From: an uncultured Planctomycetia bacterium
Lineage (GTDB): Bacteria; Omnitrophota; Gorgyraeia; 2-02-FULL-51-18
Direction of reading: 5' to 3'
NCBI GenBank assembly: GCA_964642015.1
Contig: CAZXLF010000002.1
Location: 2,717 to 66,716 of the forward strand
Length of the DNA stretch: 64,000 nt
Shown here: in pieces, positions 59,358 to 64,000 of the stretch
Position numbering within the stretch: the stretch's first letter is position 1
Layout of the letters: each line of letters opens with the position of its first letter
Notes under the pieces: generated by a model
What the model saw: only the letters and a program-made list of their open reading frames with translations
Database searches by the model: none
What the model was told of the DNA's origin: nothing
Program-made: the position numbers and the translations under genes

Positions 59358-60285
59358 ACCATTTTTGGAAGAAACTTTTTCCACGAACCACTTGGATTAC
59401 GAACGTGTGCTTACCCGAAACCGCAGGAGGCTTGATTTCCTTTTGGAGCTCGAAAGCGATCTAGCGATGGAGAACGTTGATCTTTTACCTTTAAAAGGGA
59501 TGGATCTTTTAATACGCGCTTATCCCTCGCTGGGAATGCGCCCGATGACTGATATTGATCTCCTCATCCATAAAAAAGACATCCCAAAAGTGAAGCGGTT
59601 GCTGGAGCATAAAGATCTGCAATGGTCCGCTGATGAGAACCTTAGCTACTATGACCCCAATTCTTTTATCATTTTAGATATCGTTTGGAATGTCTGGTAC
59701 ATGCCGGACTCGCGGCCGGTTTGGCAGCGTTCATCGCTTTATGCGACAAATGAAGGCAAAGCATTAAAATTGATGCATTCCGAAGATGCTTTGACCTATT
59801 TGATCGCTTATACGATAGCGCATCGCACAGAAATAAATTCTATTTTTTTACAAGACCTCAAATTTTTTTTGGATAAAGAATCCCATAAAATTGATTGGGA
59901 CCACTGGGCTTCAACAGTGAAAAACCTTCACTTAGGCCCAACAGTTTTTTATGGGTTGTCTTACGTCAGAAAAAGTGGGCTCGAAAGCATTCCGGAAGAA
60001 ATAGTTTGTAAACTTCGTCCAACCTCCTATGCGGAAAAAAAATTAAATTTTTATTATCAAAATGTTTTGGAACTAAAAAAAAAGCCGGCGAATTATTTGC
60101 GGACTTGGCTAAGTTATCCGGGATGGAGAGGTAAAATAAAGCTATTACGTATTAAATTTTTGCCTTCCAAATGGCAATTTGAATTGCGTTTTGGACGAAA
60201 AAGCTGGTTAAAATACCTGATTTTTTGCTTCGCCCATCCTTTCTGTGTATTATTCCGTGCCCTCACTGGCCCTTTTATTGAATAA
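59317..60285 (+). CDS. Nucleotidyltransferase family protein, PF14907-like
   Basis: 'VDLLPLKGMDLLIRAYPSLGMRPMTDIDLLIHKKDIPKV' carries the same motif as 4421..5572 and 10261..11358. Confidence 0.55.
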   Translation: MRKLERKDPLLSAKPFLEETFSTNHLDYERVLTRNRRRLDFLLELESDLAMENVDLLPLKGMDLLIRAYPSLGMRPMTDIDLLIHKKDIPKVKRLLEHKDLQWSADENLSYYDPNSFIILDIVWNVWYMPDSRPVWQRSSLYATNEGKALKLMHSEDALTYLIAYTIAHRTEINSIFLQDLKFFLDKESHKIDWDHWASTVKNLHLGPTVFYGLSYVRKSGLESIPEEIVCKLRPTSYAEKKLNFYYQNVLELKKKPANYLRTWLSYPGWRGKIKLLRIKFLPSKWQFELRFGRKSWLKYLIFCFAHPFCVLFRALTGPFIE

Positions 60286-60547
60286 AAAACAGATTTCATC
60301 GGATTATATCTTCTCAAAAAGTCATCAGCAGATGCTTCGCGATCTTGATAAGCATGATACTTTAATTGAACTGGTCCGGCACTCTTGCGGAGCGTTGCAG
60401 ACTATGAAAAATGATGCGCTCGGCAAGCATTTTTTACTTTGCGCTGAACTCGCGGATCGAATACAGGCGAAACGATTAGTTCGAACTCACCGCTGGAATC
60501 AAATGAATAATTTATTGCATCTGATAGAGCAGGATATTAATTCATAG
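60245..60547 (+). CDS. Hypothetical small protein; the start is uncertain and may be a later Met
   Basis: 100-aa ORF overlapping the 3' end of the previous gene, with no recognisable motif. Confidence 0.2.
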   Translation: MYYSVPSLALLLNKKQISSDYIFSKSHQQMLRDLDKHDTLIELVRHSCGALQTMKNDALGKHFLLCAELADRIQAKRLVRTHRWNQMNNLLHLIEQDINS

Positions 60548-60726
60548 CAGATTAAGTTAAACGACCAAAGTCTTAAATTTTTGAATCTAAGCCAATTGTT
60601 GCCATTTTTTGTCTTTTGTGTAATAATTGTAAACTGTTGTAATTTTTTAGTAAAAAAAGTTATATAAATATAACATCATATTGCTGTAAACATAAAGAGA
60701 AACACATTTTAATAGTCTGAGCTATT

Positions 60727-62085
60727 ATGCTGATTAGCGCTCGAACGAAGGGGATGATTGTCCCGTTCTTAAACTCATTTTTTATTTTAGGTATTACGAT
60801 AGCTTATGCAGCTGATATGCAATCCGGAATTCAATCCAATAGCGGACAAAATTTTGCTACAATACAGAATGCAGAGAAATATACAATCCAACCGCAGGAT
60901 AAACTTAATATTCAAGTGGCAGGAGAAAATGACTTGTGCGGAGTTTTTGTCGTAGGTCCTCAAGGGGATATTAACTACCCGCTTTTGGGAGCCGTTTATA
61001 TTCAGGGGCTTTCTTTGGGAGAGGTGAAGGATTTTTTGACAGATAGTCTCGGCAAGAAGTATTTGGTGAATCCGCGGGTACAGGTCACATTCTCTGAAAT
61101 GCCTCAACGTTCGATATCAGAAAAATCTTTGCCCGCAAGCGTTCCTACAGTCCCATCTATTCAAGATGTGTTAGCCAAAGTTCAAAATACAAAATCGGAT
61201 AACTCACAAGATTTGAAATCAGAGATCATGAGCATGATAACCCCATCTCCAGCAACCAAAGCAGAGTCTTTGATGAATTATAGCGACGCTGGAGCAACTA
61301 GTTTTGATAGCGATATTATCGACACGGGGGACAAATTGAACATTCAAGTTTATAAAGAGCCTGATCTCTCCGGCGTTTTCAGCGTGAACTCTTCAGGTAA
61401 GATCAATTATCCGTTGCTCGGTGAGGTTTATGCTCAATCGCTTTCGCTAGAAGAACTCAAACAGTTCCTTTATGACAAATTGAATGAAAAATATGTTACA
61501 AATCCTCAAATTGAGATTACGATCACAGAAAGCTCTACTAAATCTGTTTCGATGCTTGGTCAGATCAACAAGCCGGGCAATTATATTTTGACACATCACC
61601 TTACGCTTTTAAAATTGATCTCTCAGAACGGGGGCTTTACTCCTGATGCGTCGACTAAAAATGTCCGTATTGTCAGAACCAATGGTGACGGAAAAAAAGA
61701 GACTTTGGAAGTTGACGTTGATAAGGTAATTCAAGGACTAGCCGATGATGTGATCCTGAGATCAGGGGACATTATATTTGTGGATTTCAGGAGTAAGGAA
61801 GAAGTTAAGAAAGAAGTTGCAAAGAATTATATTACCCTCTTAGGGCAGGTAGCAAAGCCGGGGAATTATTTCTATAGCCCAAAGTTGACGTTGATCCGCC
61901 TGATCGGCGAAGCCGGAGGTTTTTCACCTTCAGCTGCGACTAACAGAATAAAGATCGTACGCAATGGTAAAGATGGTAAGCAGCAGATTTTATTTGTGGA
62001 TGCCGGGCGGATCATGGGCGGCGGTGTGAAGGATCTTGAGGTGGAAGAAGGGGATCTTATTATTGTGCCTGAATCTTATTTTTAA
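60727..62085 (+). CDS. Polysaccharide export protein, Wza-like, with duplicated Poly_export/SLBB modules
   Basis: Signal peptide, then two 'PDY.L.pGD.L.I.V'-like blocks ('YTIQPQDKLNIQVAGENDL', 'IDTGDKLNIQVYKEPDL') and SLBB-like 'GDIIFV'/'GDLIIVPESYF'. Confidence 0.6.
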   Translation: MLISARTKGMIVPFLNSFFILGITIAYAADMQSGIQSNSGQNFATIQNAEKYTIQPQDKLNIQVAGENDLCGVFVVGPQGDINYPLLGAVYIQGLSLGEVKDFLTDSLGKKYLVNPRVQVTFSEMPQRSISEKSLPASVPTVPSIQDVLAKVQNTKSDNSQDLKSEIMSMITPSPATKAESLMNYSDAGATSFDSDIIDTGDKLNIQVYKEPDLSGVFSVNSSGKINYPLLGEVYAQSLSLEELKQFLYDKLNEKYVTNPQIEITITESSTKSVSMLGQINKPGNYILTHHLTLLKLISQNGGFTPDASTKNVRIVRTNGDGKKETLEVDVDKVIQGLADDVILRSGDIIFVDFRSKEEVKKEVAKNYITLLGQVAKPGNYFYSPKLTLIRLIGEAGGFSPSAATNRIKIVRNGKDGKQQILFVDAGRIMGGGVKDLEVEEGDLIIVPESYF

Positions 62086-62093
62086 GAATCGAT

Positions 62094-63914
62094 ATGCCAG
62101 ATAATGATGAATTAGCCAAGAATTCTGCAATCATGATGTCGGATGAGATGCCGTCCAATGATTGGTTGGAGTATTGGTACGTTTTTTTGGCACACGCATG
62201 GATCATCGGAGCTATTACGACGGTTTTTTTTATCGTATCGGCTTTCCATTTTTTTAGTCTGCCTAATCTTTATACGGCTACGACCACGATCTTAGCTTAC
62301 CCGGCCGATAACCCTATCCAGCAATCATCCCATCAAGATGTCCAAACGCCTACGTATGGCCAAGAGGAGGAATATTACGGCACACAATTGGCTATTCTGA
62401 CCGGTATGGAAGTCGAAGAAGAGGCCATCAAAGAGCTTGGAGGCAACGTAGCCGATTATACGGTCAATGCCGAGCATGTGCATGACACAAGGATCCTATC
62501 GTTATCCGTGACCCATCGCGATCCTGAGGTCGCTGCCAAAGTAGCTAATAAGTTCGCCGAGGTCTTTGTGAGGGAAAGTAAGCGTGAAGGCGCATTCATC
62601 GGACAGCAGATTTTAAAATTCCTGCCAGATGATCAGAAAGTCTCAAATCCGAATCCTGTTTTGCAAGCCGGGGGCGCATCGGGAGATAATCTGTCTGGGT
62701 TCAGTAAGCAGGAATTTGCTTCATCGTTAGTGAATGTCTCCAATGACCCTCAGATCCAGCAGCTTAGAAGTGAAAAGCTAGGGATTCTTTCAAAGTTGAC
62801 CGAATTATCACAGCGATACAAATCCGAACATCCGATAATTCTCGATTTAAATCAGCGTCTGGGTATTATTGAAAATGAGATCAAGGCAAGGACCGAAACC
62901 ATATTGAGCAATGTTAAGGCGAACCTTGCTGGCGAGACGAACGTGACGAACATTAAGGTATTGCAGGAAGCCCGCGTTCCGTCAGGCCCCTCTCAGCCCA
63001 ATCGTTTTAAAGGCATTCTTTTATGGACGCTCGGAGGGTTTTTTATCAGTACTTTTTTTGTGTTTCTATTCGAGTTTTCTAACCAAAAGATACGCGATGA
63101 ACATGACGCGACAGCCATGGGTCTGACTTTTTTAGGTTACATCCCCTTGACTAAGGATTTCTTAGTTAGACGCCGAACTAGTGGCTATCATCCAGAAGAT
63201 GTGGATCTGATCAAAGTGCTTAAATCCAATTCTACTTTAGCTGATTCAGTCGCTAATGCGCGCACACATATCCTTTTTTCGATGCCTTATGAAAAGTCGC
63301 GACGCATCATGTTGACAAGCGCTATACCTGGTGAAGGTAAATCAACGCTTGCAGCGCTACTAGCTATTTCGTTGACCACTTTGGGAAGGAATATCTTGTT
63401 GATTGATGCGGATCTAAGAAAGCCTTCTCTGCACAGGTATTTGGGTTTTAGAAATGAAAAAGGATTGACCGATTATCTTGTTGGAACAGCTACGCTGGAT
63501 GAGGTCGTTCAATCTTTGAAAGGTAATTCTTTACAAATGATCACAGCGGGGTCCATATCCCCTAATCCCTCAGAACTATTATCTTCCGAAAGGTTTCGTG
63601 AGCTTTTGGATAAATGCGGAGAACGATTTGATAGGGTCGTCATCGATGTTCCTCCGGTACTGTATATTCCCGATGGGCTTATTGTTGCCAAAGTCGTTCA
63701 TACGGGCATTTTGATCTGTGGAGCCGGTATGGTGCATAAGAGAACTATTCAGCAGGTAAAAGAAAAATTTGATTCAGTAGGTTACTCATTTATCGGCACG
63801 ATCATTAACCGTGCCGATTTTGACAGACAAGCTTATCGCTATAAGTACTATGGTAATTATAAGAGTTATTACAATACCGCGCGTCAGCAACCGATTGTTA
63901 TTCAGCATCGTTGA
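62094..63914 (+). CDS. Polysaccharide co-polymerase / BY-kinase (Wzc/ExoP-like), with a Wzz domain, a Walker ATPase and a Tyr-rich C-terminal tail
   Basis: Two TMs flank a periplasmic domain. Walker A is 'AIPGEGKSTLAALLA', and there is a DxD motif. The C-terminal tail is 'YRYKYYGNYKSYY'. Confidence 0.6.
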   Translation: MPDNDELAKNSAIMMSDEMPSNDWLEYWYVFLAHAWIIGAITTVFFIVSAFHFFSLPNLYTATTTILAYPADNPIQQSSHQDVQTPTYGQEEEYYGTQLAILTGMEVEEEAIKELGGNVADYTVNAEHVHDTRILSLSVTHRDPEVAAKVANKFAEVFVRESKREGAFIGQQILKFLPDDQKVSNPNPVLQAGGASGDNLSGFSKQEFASSLVNVSNDPQIQQLRSEKLGILSKLTELSQRYKSEHPIILDLNQRLGIIENEIKARTETILSNVKANLAGETNVTNIKVLQEARVPSGPSQPNRFKGILLWTLGGFFISTFFVFLFEFSNQKIRDEHDATAMGLTFLGYIPLTKDFLVRRRTSGYHPEDVDLIKVLKSNSTLADSVANARTHILFSMPYEKSRRIMLTSAIPGEGKSTLAALLAISLTTLGRNILLIDADLRKPSLHRYLGFRNEKGLTDYLVGTATLDEVVQSLKGNSLQMITAGSISPNPSELLSSERFRELLDKCGERFDRVVIDVPPVLYIPDGLIVAKVVHTGILICGAGMVHKRTIQQVKEKFDSVGYSFIGTIINRADFDRQAYRYKYYGNYKSYYNTARQQPIVIQHR

Positions 63915-64000
63915 AGAATGATCCGTTTTATGCGGAGGAAATAATGTTTAAAAACGAGATTAAGATGAGTTCGATCGTTCATTGCAGTCCGGATCAAGTG

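Noticed and set aside
52362-60285. Assignment of the cluster to a known RiPP class (PQQ, mycofactocin, SCIFF/ranthipeptide, lasso, lanthipeptide)
   Set aside because: No PqqB/C/E context and the peptide lacks the Glu…Tyr motif, so it is not PQQ. No creatininase or 'CGVY' terminus, so not mycofactocin. Three Cys rather than six-in-45, so not SCIFF. No LanB/C/M and no lasso B/C proteins. Only the generic model of an RRE plus radical SAM/SPASM enzyme applies.

Overview
This 64-kb window is bacterial chromosome, probably from an uncultivated lineage. GC content is moderate, several tRNA genes lack an encoded CCA, and the only PTS genes are ptsN, ptsH and ptsI, interleaved with yvcK and a GH57 gene. 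Genes sit in dense operons. There are three main parts.

- **Accessory glyco-region, 1–15.2 kb.** Six glycosyltransferases (five GT2, one of them bi-domain, and one GT4-like), three paralogous nucleotidyltransferase-family genes of the PF14907 type plus two fragments, two PqqD-family (RRE) proteins, an HprK-like P-loop kinase and a cupin/JmjC-like protein. The region carries recent segmental duplications and a deletion scar.
- **Metabolic and signalling block.** Two islands, each preceded by a truncated tRNA-His 5' copy joined to a perfect palindrome; the intact tRNA-His is at 22998–23076. After that come two-component and ECF-sigma signalling genes and two tandem GH16 genes. A five-tRNA cluster follows, in which three tRNAs are trailed by a tRNA-mimicking repeat element. 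Then come a PTS-Ntr/yvcK/GH57 block, metK, ahcY, lptFG, comF and nth.
- **Candidate RiPP-type cluster, 52.3–60.3 kb.** This is the most notable feature. A PqqD-like RRE, three paralogous radical SAM enzymes with SPASM-like tails, and a 60-aa Cys/Gly/Ser/Thr/Asn-rich precursor peptide sit together. They are followed by an HprK-related P-loop kinase, an S24/S26-type peptidase fusion, an ABC exporter and a PF14907-type nucleotidyltransferase. Wza/Wzc polysaccharide-export genes lie downstream.

The glyco-region and the 52–60 kb cluster share the same unusual module of PqqD, HprK-like kinase and nucleotidyltransferase. Together they look like an undescribed family of peptide or protein modification systems. 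All calls are from reading the ORF translations and the DNA directly; no database searches were possible.
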